Virus record (IMG/VR): IMGVR_UViG_3300044630_004720
DNA: 64,000 nt
Direction: 5' to 3' (one strand)
DNA from: a virus
Lineage: Duplodnaviria > Caudoviricetes
Below, in pieces: positions 20,909 to 30,529 of this stretch. Within the stretch, counting starts at the first letter, position 1, and every line of letters starts with the position of its first letter. Below the pieces are notes generated by a model. The model saw nothing but the letters and a program-made list of their open reading frames with translations, was not told where the DNA came from and did not search any database. The position numbers were made by a program, and so were the translations under genes.

Positions 20909-21685
20909 ATGTTTAAACACTTATCAGATTTGGAAATCCAGCAAATGACATTTGATTGGAGATACAGAGGTTTCACAGTATTAGAATTGTTAACAGAAGA
21001 CGAATGTGACGCAATTAATGAAGAGTTAGACCGTTTAAGAATGGAAAGAAAGAACACACCTACTGAAGACGGTAAAGAGTGGGGTGATTGGGACCCTTTT
21101 GCATACCCACATAAATTATCACCAATGATTGAGAAGATGTTCTGTCACCCTAAAGTGATTGAGGCTTGTGAATTTTTGATGGGTGGTGATATTGTAGGAA
21201 TGCAAACTTGGTGTTACTTTAAACCACCCGGACAATTAGGTAGAGATATGCACCAAAATGCATTTTATACCGGTTGTAAACACAATGAAATCATCAACAC
21301 TGCATTGGCATTGGATAATCACGACCCTGAGAATGGTGCGGTATGGAACTACGAAGGTTCTCACAGATTACCAACGTTGGAAATTGAAGTAGATGAAGAA
21401 AGAACAAAAACCAATCCATCATTTTGGAGAAATGAAAGAGGTAAACCTTGTGTAATGCCGGAAGGTCACGACTTCAAAAAAGTAGAAGGTTATTTGAGAA
21501 AAGGTCAAATTGTTCTTTTACACTCACACGTTGTTCACGGTTCAGAACCTAACAATTCAAACCGTATGAGAAGAAACTTATTAGGTGGATATCTCAAGAA
21601 GGGAGCCCACTTTAATCAAGGTGGTCATATGAAAAGAGAACCAATTGATGTTCACGAATTGAGAGTACAACATTGGGGTAAATAA
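20909..21685 (+). CDS. PhyH-like Fe(II)/2-oxoglutarate dioxygenase
   Basis: GFTV start, YFKPPG, HQN (HxD position), ALALD...ENGA...GSH, HGSEPN.S..R. Confidence 0.8.
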   Translation: MFKHLSDLEIQQMTFDWRYRGFTVLELLTEDECDAINEELDRLRMERKNTPTEDGKEWGDWDPFAYPHKLSPMIEKMFCHPKVIEACEFLMGGDIVGMQTWCYFKPPGQLGRDMHQNAFYTGCKHNEIINTALALDNHDPENGAVWNYEGSHRLPTLEIEVDEERTKTNPSFWRNERGKPCVMPEGHDFKKVEGYLRKGQIVLLHSHVVHGSEPNNSNRMRRNLLGGYLKKGAHFNQGGHMKREPIDVHELRVQHWGK

Positions 21686-21689
21686 AAAT

Positions 21690-21717
21690 AAAAAGGGACT
21701 TAATAGTCCCTTTTTTT
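21690..21717. terminator. Bidirectional intrinsic terminator between convergent genes
   Basis: aaaagggact-taat-agtccctttt with an A tract before and a T tract after. Confidence 0.85.
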
Positions 21718-22264
21718 ATGCCTCATAATATAACTCGGGGTATTCTACAATTACATTGATACCACCATTTTCATAACAGTATTCATAGAGGTCCTCAATC
21801 GAATCCCATTTTTTTAAATCAAAGAACCCAATATTTGGACAAAGTTTTCTATATTCTTCTATGTAATTTCCTCTATGTTGATGACCCGGGTCCAAAGGTT
21901 TATCCGAACCCTTACCTAATCTTATAATCATATTTGGTTTCCAATCACCCTTACTCATTAAACCTATTTTGTCTACGTGATTAACCAATTGGTTTGTTGC
22001 ACAAATAATAAAATCCCAACGAGGATAGAATGTAATTACAAATTTACCTGCCATTGCCATTCCTAAACTCATACCCATTTGAGATTCTTCCATAACAGGA
22101 AGTTCAATCATTTTAGACTTAGGTACTTCTCCTAATGTTGTACTCATCGGATTACCCGGAAATAATATTTGTTGACCAATGAATATTGTATCGTCTTTTT
22201 TTCCTAAAACTGACATTGCATTTGTTAATGCGTCTTTATATCTTGTGTATTGTGGTGAACTCAT
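21716..22264 (-). CDS. TPP-dependent E1 beta-like subunit (transketolase pyrimidine-binding domain only)
   Basis: IELPVMEESQMGMSLGMAMAG, FIICATNQLVNH, GHQH. At 182 aa it has no C-terminal transketolase domain. Confidence 0.8.
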   Translation of the reverse strand: MSSPQYTRYKDALTNAMSVLGKKDDTIFIGQQILFPGNPMSTTLGEVPKSKMIELPVMEESQMGMSLGMAMAGKFVITFYPRWDFIICATNQLVNHVDKIGLMSKGDWKPNMIIRLGKGSDKPLDPGHQHRGNYIEEYRKLCPNIGFFDLKKWDSIEDLYEYCYENGGINVIVEYPELYYEA

Positions 22265-23070
22265 AATGACTCAATTTTTTTAATTATTGCATCTGCAATT
22301 AATTTATGACACTCCTTAGATGGGTGAGAATCTACGGGTGGATTTGGACCTAAACCTTCAGTATCGTATCTAACCAATAAATGAGGATACAATCTTTGTA
22401 TATAATCTAAATTTGTATATTGTTTTCCATCATAATCAAAGTATATCATTCTTTCGTGAAGATATGGGTCCTCAACTACATATTTCACATAATCATCTTG
22501 CCAATTCCATATTAAACATTTAATACCTAACGCTTCATATTTTTCAAACAATTGCTTGATGCGACTAACTTGTTGTTTACAATGTTCAACATACCATTCA
22601 GGAAATCCACCGATATTATTATCTTCCATCCATTCAAAAAATAATTTTTGTGTTCCTTTATCAGAACCAATCCAATTCATTTTGTGGTTGTAACCTTTGT
22701 GTGTAAAGTTAAATGAAGACCTACCTGGTTGAGTAGTTTGAAATATAATATATCCAATTTCTTCAGGTTGGAATGTCTCTTGAATTAAATGGGTATAATG
22801 ATGGTTTTTATCAAAACATATATCAACGAACTTTAAAGATTCATCTTCACTACCACCATTCTCCTTTTTTACTAGTTCAAATGTTTCAAAGTGATTTGCA
22901 ACTAACCTCGGATATCGAATTGTCGACATATATCTTCTATGTGCGTCATTCACTAAAGTATTATCAAATTGTTCAGGTGCAGGTTGTTTTAATGTACTCA
23001 GATTGGAGTAATAGTATAACCCTTGACCCCAAGTGAAAGAACAACCGGCAAATATCATTCCTTTTTTCAT
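22261..23070 (-). CDS. SGNH/GDSL-like protein (copy 1)
   Basis: IFAGCSFTWG, NGGS, DSHP near the C-terminus. Confidence 0.55.
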   Translation of the reverse strand: MKKGMIFAGCSFTWGQGLYYYSNLSTLKQPAPEQFDNTLVNDAHRRYMSTIRYPRLVANHFETFELVKKENGGSEDESLKFVDICFDKNHHYTHLIQETFQPEEIGYIIFQTTQPGRSSFNFTHKGYNHKMNWIGSDKGTQKLFFEWMEDNNIGGFPEWYVEHCKQQVSRIKQLFEKYEALGIKCLIWNWQDDYVKYVVEDPYLHERMIYFDYDGKQYTNLDYIQRLYPHLLVRYDTEGLGPNPPVDSHPSKECHKLIADAIIKKIESL

Positions 23071-24041
23071 TTAAATTCTTCTTTGTTTTTTAGATACCAA
23101 TCATAGGCCATTTTTAGACCTGATTCTAATGATGTTTTAGCTTCCCAACCCAATTGGTTTTTAATTTTATTTGAGTCAATTTTTCTTGTTGGAATCATTG
23201 ATGGTTTACCTGAAATAAATTCAGTAGGTGCGTCGTATTGTGCAACACGTTTCATAATATCTAACACTTCTAAAACTGAATACACTTTATTTGAACCAAT
23301 GTTGTATACCTCAAACATAACTTCTTCTTTTTCCATCACAACTTGTAACGCCTCAACAAAGTCTTCTATGTATAGTAAATCTCTTAGTTCAGTGCCATCA
23401 CCCCAAACAGGTATCGGATTCATTTTATCTGCAACTTTACGAATTGTTGCAGGTGTTACGTGACACTTATTGAAATCGTACTTATCGTGAGGGCCAAACA
23501 AATTCGCTGGTCTAATAACTGTACACTTCATTGTTCGTGGTAAGTATTTTGCATAGAGTTCACATTGAACTTCAGCGTAACGTTTCATCCAACCAACTGG
23601 AAAATAAACGGGATAAGGTTCATCAAATAAGAAATCCGTTTCAACAACCGGTTCATCACCTTTTGGTGGATACACAGTGTTTGATGATATAAATATGTAA
23701 TGTTTCACACCATTTCTCCAAGCAGTATCGATAAGGAAGTTATTCATTGCTACGTTAGGTGTAACGTGAGCTAATGGGTCAACAACAGTATCCACGGCAT
23801 TTGAAGTTGACGCTGCGGCGTGAAAAACAACATCCACATCTTTTGTTGCCAACATACAACCTTCGTATGTTTGTAAATCACAATGAGTATATTCAACGTT
23901 ATCGTATGTTTGTCTAACACCTCTATTGTGTAGATTTACTCTTAAATTTGTGTAACCTTCTTTAATAAGTCTTGCGGTTAAATTCTGACCCACTAAACCA
24001 GAACCACCCGTAATTAAAATTTTTGCGTTTTTATTTATCAT
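23067..24041 (-). CDS. Extended SDR, GDP-L-fucose synthase-like NDP-sugar epimerase/reductase (atypical active site)
   Basis: ILITGGSGLVG, RPANLFGPHD, VWGDG...RDLLYIED. VGWMK stands where YxxxK is expected. Confidence 0.75.
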   Translation of the reverse strand: MINKNAKILITGGSGLVGQNLTARLIKEGYTNLRVNLHNRGVRQTYDNVEYTHCDLQTYEGCMLATKDVDVVFHAAASTSNAVDTVVDPLAHVTPNVAMNNFLIDTAWRNGVKHYIFISSNTVYPPKGDEPVVETDFLFDEPYPVYFPVGWMKRYAEVQCELYAKYLPRTMKCTVIRPANLFGPHDKYDFNKCHVTPATIRKVADKMNPIPVWGDGTELRDLLYIEDFVEALQVVMEKEEVMFEVYNIGSNKVYSVLEVLDIMKRVAQYDAPTEFISGKPSMIPTRKIDSNKIKNQLGWEAKTSLESGLKMAYDWYLKNKEEFK

Positions 24042-25801
24042 ATAAATTTAGTTTTTCCATCGAAATTATTTTCCAATTCTTTACCATATGTCGTATCAAC
24101 ATCAGGTTCCCATACCATCTCAACTTTTTTATTTCCCACGTATCTTGGAATTATTTTAAAGGGTCCAACACTAATGAAATTTATGTATGTAAACCTTTTA
24201 AAATCATTTTTAACAGCCTCAACTGCGTGATTCACATTATTTTTAGAAAAATCAAGAATCGCAAAATTCACGTCAACAGGAACAACTTCGTCATAGTTAC
24301 CTTTATCTTGCAATATTAACTTTCCGCCACCATCAATATATTCTTTTTCAGGTGTTAAGTAAATCAATACCACACAATATCTTGTAGGATTTTGCCCATC
24401 GATGTGTGACTCAATAAAATCACCATTTTCATATATTGTGATACCATCATCATTGTGTGTGTTCCATTCTTTCAAATCAGGGTAAAGTTTATATAGGAAT
24501 CTTTGAATTTTTTCCCTAAAGTATTCTAAAAATTCCAACCACTCCCCACTTTTATAATTCAATTCCCACCAATGCTGTATAGTTTCCCAACCATTATCCG
24601 ATATGAATTGTCTTCTCTCCTCAATTTCTTCCTGAGTCTCTAAACTCCTTTTAAAGTTTAAAATTTCTTCATCTGTAACGGTATTAGGAACTCTATATTC
24701 ATATCTGTATGAGTAATATTTTTTATCTTCAGATAATTTAAAAATTTTATCACAAATTTCTTTGTGTTTTTCCCATTCGTCTTTTCTTATGAACTCACTA
24801 ACTTTTCCAACATAGTATCCCTTTTCAAAAAATTCATTCAAATCAACATTCAATGGGTTCTCACCATAATGTCTTGTATAAAATTCATAGGTTAACCTCA
24901 ATCCCTCCTTAAAACTATGTTTTGGTAATAATGCATAACCAGTTTGTCTATGTACAGACATTTTTCTATGCATATCACCATTTGGTTTCGTCTTATCCCA
25001 TTCGATTGATAATTTCTTACCACTCACCTCAATTATATTTTTAATCATTGATTCTATAGTAATAGACTCACCAGAACCAACGTTAACAACATCGGCGATT
25101 TGTCTTCTATAAGATTCTAACACCGCGGTTGCAACATCTTTAGCATACACAAAATCTCTTTGAGGTGTTCCATCACCCCAAGCAATTATAGTGTCACCAT
25201 CTTTCGCCTCACATACCTTTTTTATGGTACTCGCAATTACAGTACCATTACCACTAAAATCATCGTACTCACCAAAAATATTAGCCGGTCTAATTATAGT
25301 GAATTTTCTATAATTGTATTGTTTTTTATATGCACCTAACAAAAGTTCACCCATTCTTTTCGACCAAGAAGGAAACCAATCGTTTTCAGATGGTAATGTT
25401 TTCCAAACATCATCTTCGTAAAATGTTTCCGCAGGAGCATATACACCAACAGAACTTAGAAACACTAACCAAACATTATTTTTTGCGCACTGATGAATAA
25501 TTTCTGTATTAATTTTAAATGAAGGATATAAGAAATCAACAGGTTGTTGTTTTGCTTTAAGTGGTGAACCCTTTACACCAAAACAATTAAATACCGCATC
25601 TGGTCTCTCCTCCTCAAATATTTCTTTAATTAATGATTCAACCATTAAGTCTACATTTAAAAACTTAAAGTATTCAGATTCAGGTAAATCATCTGATTTT
25701 TTTATATCTACGCCGATAACATAGTCGCCTCTTTCCAAAGTTTCTTTAACAAGATGTACTCCGACTAAACCTGAACATCCGGTAATTAATATTTTTTTCA
25801 T
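24038..25801 (-). CDS. Fusion: NDP-sugar epimerase/reductase (extended SDR) + C-terminal 2OG-Fe(II) oxygenase
   Basis: N-part: ILITGCSGLVG, RPANIFG, WGDGTPQRDFVY. C-part: IESHIDG...GGGKL...HAVEAV...R. Confidence 0.75.
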   Translation of the reverse strand: MKKILITGCSGLVGVHLVKETLERGDYVIGVDIKKSDDLPESEYFKFLNVDLMVESLIKEIFEEERPDAVFNCFGVKGSPLKAKQQPVDFLYPSFKINTEIIHQCAKNNVWLVFLSSVGVYAPAETFYEDDVWKTLPSENDWFPSWSKRMGELLLGAYKKQYNYRKFTIIRPANIFGEYDDFSGNGTVIASTIKKVCEAKDGDTIIAWGDGTPQRDFVYAKDVATAVLESYRRQIADVVNVGSGESITIESMIKNIIEVSGKKLSIEWDKTKPNGDMHRKMSVHRQTGYALLPKHSFKEGLRLTYEFYTRHYGENPLNVDLNEFFEKGYYVGKVSEFIRKDEWEKHKEICDKIFKLSEDKKYYSYRYEYRVPNTVTDEEILNFKRSLETQEEIEERRQFISDNGWETIQHWWELNYKSGEWLEFLEYFREKIQRFLYKLYPDLKEWNTHNDDGITIYENGDFIESHIDGQNPTRYCVVLIYLTPEKEYIDGGGKLILQDKGNYDEVVPVDVNFAILDFSKNNVNHAVEAVKNDFKRFTYINFISVGPFKIIPRYVGNKKVEMVWEPDVDTTYGKELENNFDGKTKFI

Positions 25802-25802
25802 T

Positions 25803-27077
25803 TTATCTTTTTATAAGTGATGCAAAGAACTGAGCATCGTCAGTGTTATTTAGTAAGCTAATTAATCTATTTTCATTCTCTAAAAATCTATCTTCTAATT
25901 CAGGATAGATTTTCATAATACTCTGTTTATTTTTATATAATCTTTTTATTTCTTCGAATAATTTAAAGAGTCTTTTTCTATCATCACTTTCACTATCATA
26001 AGAATGGTCAATGACATCTTCAAATAAATCAAAACCATATACGTCTTTGGTTATTTTTGCGTGATTTGCACTGGCAACATATAATGGAAATTGATGAAAA
26101 AAGAATGGTTTGAATGTCTTTTCACTCAAGTGGACAACATCTCTTCTACTAAAACAAGATTCGGTTGTTATGTTGATATAACTATTTTGATACGTCTGTT
26201 TATCATAAACCTGATTCCATTCAATGTGCATAGGTTCTTGATTCACGTGACACCTCCAATCCCTATCAAACCAATCTAACCATTCTTCATATCTACTTTT
26301 TTTAATGTCAATCTCCTCAAAAAAATCAATATCAGATTTCATTTTTTTAATTTCACTTTCAGTAAAAATGAACCTATAAAAATTATTAATGTTTGAATAT
26401 TTCATCTCATCTTTATGGTTCCACCCCATAACCAAAGACCAATCAACCTCCTGAAGTAATTTATTTTTCCGTAATAAAACCAACAATGCGTACCGATGTA
26501 GTTTTGGTGTTCTATTATGACACATAAAGAAATTCGATTCCTTTTCTGGTTTGAAATCAATTGAATGTAAATCCAATTCTCTAGCAACTTTTATCGGTAA
26601 AAATTTTACAGTATGGAAATTTAAAGATAATTTGTTTCTTTTCTTGTATTCAGATAAATTGTAATTGTTATTAATTACATAAAACCTGTCGGGTTCTAAA
26701 CCTAAAGAAATTATTTTTTTATTTAATAATATTATAGTTTCTTCAGTTTCTATTTCGTGTTCATTAATGAATATAACAAATAGGTTTTTGTTATCTTTCA
26801 TTGATTTAATTACAGTTTCAGGTAGAGGTATTTCGTTTCTCGCCTTTAATGCCCACCCTAATTCGTGAATATGTCCAATAACATAATAGAAATTCTCATC
26901 GGGGTGTTTACCAACGTCAGTAAGTCTAAACTTTTTGAAATTTTTAAAATTAAAAAATTGTAAAAGTCCATCAAACCTTCTAAATGAGTTTTGCCCAAAT
27001 TGTTTTTCACAATTTATATTTGGCTCTAAATCTTTATCAGGCCAATTATCATAAACTAAATTTAAAAAATTACCCAT
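25803..27077 (-). CDS. GT10/exostosin-like SEK family protein (copy 2)
   Basis: CHNRTPKLHR, INITTES, HLSEKTFKPF. Start re-set to ATG MGNFLN. Confidence 0.5.
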   Translation of the reverse strand: MGNFLNLVYDNWPDKDLEPNINCEKQFGQNSFRRFDGLLQFFNFKNFKKFRLTDVGKHPDENFYYVIGHIHELGWALKARNEIPLPETVIKSMKDNKNLFVIFINEHEIETEETIILLNKKIISLGLEPDRFYVINNNYNLSEYKKRNKLSLNFHTVKFLPIKVARELDLHSIDFKPEKESNFFMCHNRTPKLHRYALLVLLRKNKLLQEVDWSLVMGWNHKDEMKYSNINNFYRFIFTESEIKKMKSDIDFFEEIDIKKSRYEEWLDWFDRDWRCHVNQEPMHIEWNQVYDKQTYQNSYINITTESCFSRRDVVHLSEKTFKPFFFHQFPLYVASANHAKITKDVYGFDLFEDVIDHSYDSESDDRKRLFKLFEEIKRLYKNKQSIMKIYPELEDRFLENENRLISLLNNTDDAQFFASLIKR

Positions 27078-27691
27078 TTCCCTGTTCCGTAGTGCGGCCA
27101 CTGCTTATTATAATTATACCAAATCACATCCTGAGGTGGTTCGGATTTTACTTCCCAAGTCTCAACTGTCGGTGTGTTTGTAGATACACCATTATCCTCA
27201 ACAACAAATACAATCGGCAAATCAAAATTCTTTGCATACTTATAATTTTCCATAAAAGTACCAGTCTCAAACGCCATATCACCAACAAAACACCACACCT
27301 TATCTTTACTACCTTCTTGTTTTAACGCCATAGCAACTCCAACGGCAATTGGAATAGCACCACCAACTATTGCAGTTGAATAAAACTTTTCTTTTTTATT
27401 AACAATAGTGATTGACCTACCAGCTAAAATTTCATCTTCTAACCATTCAGACGGTACCCCTTTAAGTAATGCGTGATAGTGAGACCTCCAAGTGGAAAAA
27501 ACCCAATCACTCTTTTTAACTCGTTTAAAAATTTCTATTAGTTGTTCTTCATTTCCTCCACTTAAATGTATTGGACCCCTTACCCTTCCTGCTTCCCAAT
27601 GGTCTGCCATTTTTCTCTCAAATCCAATTAATCCGTGTTTATCCCATAATGGTTTACTTATCACAGGATATTGTTCTAAATTTTTTATCAT
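27062..27691 (-). CDS. TPP-dependent E1 alpha-like subunit (dehydrogenase E1 / TPP-binding domain)
   Basis: GPIHLSGGNEE, STWRSHYHAL, AIVGG.IPIAVGVA, VGDM...VVEDN (GDG..N TPP motif variant). Confidence 0.85.
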   Translation of the reverse strand: MIKNLEQYPVISKPLWDKHGLIGFERKMADHWEAGRVRGPIHLSGGNEEQLIEIFKRVKKSDWVFSTWRSHYHALLKGVPSEWLEDEILAGRSITIVNKKEKFYSTAIVGGAIPIAVGVAMALKQEGSKDKVWCFVGDMAFETGTFMENYKYAKNFDLPIVFVVEDNGVSTNTPTVETWEVKSEPPQDVIWYNYNKQWPHYGTGKWVIF

Positions 27692-28233
27692 TTATCTCTT
27701 TTTTGTAATATTGGGTTATTTGTTGGCCATTCCATTTGATATTCTGGGTCATTCCATTTAACAACTCCTTGTTCATTTGCATCGACATAACCATCTTTAT
27801 AAAATAAGTTATAATGGAATATACAATCAGTTAATGCGAAATGTCCATTTGCAAATCCTGGCGGAACCAACACTTGATTTCTATCTTTTTCAGTTATCAT
27901 AAATGATTCCCACTCACCAAATGTTGGTGATTTTTCTCTCATATCTAAAACAACTAAATAAATGTCACCAACGGCAGCTTGAACCAATTTCCAAGTTTTG
28001 TTATCATAATGTAATCCTCTTAATACTCCCTTATATGATTTTGAAAATCTACCGTGAATACTAATTTCAGATTTTTCATAATGAATGTGCCTCATCACCG
28101 GATGTTCTTCACTATGAAAAGTTGTGAATATTTCACCCCTATATTCTCTATAAATTGAAGGTGTGAAAATAGGTACTTGATACCCGAATTTTTTTGATGG
28201 AGTTTCTTTGAACTCATCCCATTTATTACTCAT
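27688..28233 (-). CDS. rmlC: dTDP-4-dehydrorhamnose 3,5-epimerase-like cupin
   Basis: GVLRGLHY, KLVQ...G.IY.V.LD.R..SPTFGEW, VPPGFANGH, WNDP. Confidence 0.85.
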   Translation of the reverse strand: MSNKWDEFKETPSKKFGYQVPIFTPSIYREYRGEIFTTFHSEEHPVMRHIHYEKSEISIHGRFSKSYKGVLRGLHYDNKTWKLVQAAVGDIYLVVLDMREKSPTFGEWESFMITEKDRNQVLVPPGFANGHFALTDCIFHYNLFYKDGYVDANEQGVVKWNDPEYQMEWPTNNPILQKRDK

Positions 28234-28234
28234 A

Positions 28235-29203
28235 CTATGTCTGATTTGCATAACCTAATGGAAAACCGTTTCTAAACTCTGAAGTCATTTTAGGTATCAA
28301 CACCTGATATGTTTTCATTAATTCTTTAATTCCATCATCTAATGACCAATTTGGTCTCCAACCCGTATTCTCAATCTTTTCGTTTGATACGATATAGTCT
28401 CGTTTATCGGGGTCTTCATAATAATCAGAATATGTGATTGCAAAATCAGGTACATACAATTGTATTTTTTCTAACAATTCTTGTTTACTTAAATTTGCAT
28501 CACTTAATCCAACATTATATACATTCTCTTTCATTCTATCATAGTTATCCAACGCAAATGTGAATACATCACCAACATCTTGAATATGAATGAAATTTCT
28601 TTTAAAATGTTTCTCAAATACAACAATGTATTTGTCCGTCATTGCTTTATAAACAAATTCATTAACTAATAAATCAGTTCTCATCCTCGGTGATGAACCA
28701 AATACCGTTGCCAATCTGAAGCAAATAGCGTTAGTATAATTAAGAAGTTTCTTTTCGGCTGCACACTTTGTTTCACCATATACCGATATCGGATTTAATG
28801 GTGATTCCTCGGTACAGAACTTATCATCCTTACCAATACCATAACCACTATTAGTGTTAGGGTATATAATGTATTGATTAGGACTAAGATAATCCATCAA
28901 GTTAGTTATTTGAACATAGTTAATCTGATTTGCTAATTCAGGGTCTTTCTTACAAGCGGGAAACCCCACAATTGCCGCTAATGGAATTATCACATCGTGA
29001 GATTTCACTTCCCTCTCTAATAATTTTGTGTTTCTAACATCACCATAGATGAAATTATAATTTGGGTTATAAGTAAATTGTAACGGGGATATTTGATTAA
29101 AAACCAAATTATCAATGACAGTTACCTTATGACCTAAATCTAAAAATTTTTTGGTTATAACGGAACCTAAATAACCCGCACCACCTGTTATCAATATCTT
29201 CAT
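28235..29203 (-). CDS. NAD-dependent NDP-sugar epimerase/dehydratase (extended SDR)
   Basis: MKILITGGAGYLGS, PLAAIVG, YGETK (YxxxK), FRLATVFG. Confidence 0.85.
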   Translation of the reverse strand: MKILITGGAGYLGSVITKKFLDLGHKVTVIDNLVFNQISPLQFTYNPNYNFIYGDVRNTKLLEREVKSHDVIIPLAAIVGFPACKKDPELANQINYVQITNLMDYLSPNQYIIYPNTNSGYGIGKDDKFCTEESPLNPISVYGETKCAAEKKLLNYTNAICFRLATVFGSSPRMRTDLLVNEFVYKAMTDKYIVVFEKHFKRNFIHIQDVGDVFTFALDNYDRMKENVYNVGLSDANLSKQELLEKIQLYVPDFAITYSDYYEDPDKRDYIVSNEKIENTGWRPNWSLDDGIKELMKTYQVLIPKMTSEFRNGFPLGYANQT

Positions 29204-29256
29204 ATAAACGTTGTAATTCACTTTAAATTTAAATAAAAATTTTCTATATTTAAACA

Positions 29257-30528
29257 GTGAACGAAAAAATTATTTGTAGTTTAGAAGATTGGGATAGTAT
29301 TCTAAATTATTGGAGACCAAACGGTTCTTCAAAGACTTGGTACATCAAAGAAATGAAAAAACTTTCCATACCACATATGTGGGGGGAATGGAATGTTTAC
29401 ACCGAACAAGGAGAAATGTTCGAAGAGGGTCATTTGAGTAATGCAATAACCCCAATGCATAGTAGTTTAGTAAAATACACACCAAAAGACGAGATAGGGG
29501 ATTCTAAACACATATACATCATAAACGTTTATACTCACGATTTTTTCACACATAATTCACATATTGGATTAAAGTGTATATCTCCAGAATATGTCGAAGA
29601 TATTAAATGCGGTAAAGCAAAGATTTTAATGTTCTTTATATATGAAGGTTATTCAGGTATTTGGGGTAATAGTGATTTTGAGATGATTGAGAGATGGAGA
29701 AATGAAATGGGATTTCCAGTTAACTCCATTTATTATGTTTGTGGTAATCTATTATCTGAAAAAATTGTAAAGGAGAGAGGTTTTGGATATAAGGCAAGAG
29801 GTATTCACTATTTTGAACCTTGGAACCAATACAAAGGACCAATGGTGGGATTTACCCCACAACCCGAAAAGTATTTGTTCTTGTCATATAACAGACAACC
29901 AAGACACCATAGAATTAGATTTATGATTGATTTGTATGAAAGAAATTTAATTAATGATGGTTTAATTAGTTTAAATAAAATTGATAGGATTCCATATAGA
30001 GTGGGTCCCAACACTGAACTTTTTTTCCAAGAGAACACACCGCTAATTATTGATAGTTTACCCGAATTGAGGTATAATTTAGCTTGTAACATTACCACAG
30101 AAGACTTTGAAAGGACATTTGTTTCCGTTGTAACTGAAACATTGGTTGATGACGGAACACTATTCTTTTCTGAAAAAATTTGGAAACCGATTATGGTTGG
30201 ACATCCATTTATGATATATGGTAATAAGGGTTCATTAAGTTATTTAAAATCAATTGGTTATAAAACATTTGATAGATGGTGGGATGAATCATATGATGAT
30301 GAACCTGACAAAGACAGAAGAAGTATTATGATTGCAAATGAGTTGTTGAAACTGAAAACAAAGTCAATTGATGAATTAAAAGTAATTAGAAATGAAATGT
30401 TGGAAGTTATAAATCACAATAAAGAAAACTATAACAAAGTCTACCAAGAAAAATATAGTGAAGGAGACCAGTCATCTACAATAAGGGAGGTATTGTTAGA
30501 AATGTGGCAGGAATTAAAGAACGATTAA
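29257..30528 (+). CDS. GT10/exostosin-like SEK family protein (copy 3)
   Basis: SYNRQPRHHR, VSVVTET, FFSEKIWKPIMVGHPF. GTG start. Confidence 0.5.
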   Translation: MNEKIICSLEDWDSILNYWRPNGSSKTWYIKEMKKLSIPHMWGEWNVYTEQGEMFEEGHLSNAITPMHSSLVKYTPKDEIGDSKHIYIINVYTHDFFTHNSHIGLKCISPEYVEDIKCGKAKILMFFIYEGYSGIWGNSDFEMIERWRNEMGFPVNSIYYVCGNLLSEKIVKERGFGYKARGIHYFEPWNQYKGPMVGFTPQPEKYLFLSYNRQPRHHRIRFMIDLYERNLINDGLISLNKIDRIPYRVGPNTELFFQENTPLIIDSLPELRYNLACNITTEDFERTFVSVVTETLVDDGTLFFSEKIWKPIMVGHPFMIYGNKGSLSYLKSIGYKTFDRWWDESYDDEPDKDRRSIMIANELLKLKTKSIDELKVIRNEMLEVINHNKENYNKVYQEKYSEGDQSSTIREVLLEMWQELKND

Positions 30529-30529
30529 T

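Noticed and set aside
21716-27691. Pyruvate dehydrogenase as an energy-metabolism auxiliary gene
   Set aside because: The subunits are truncated, E2/E3 are absent and the context is entirely nucleotide-sugar enzymes.
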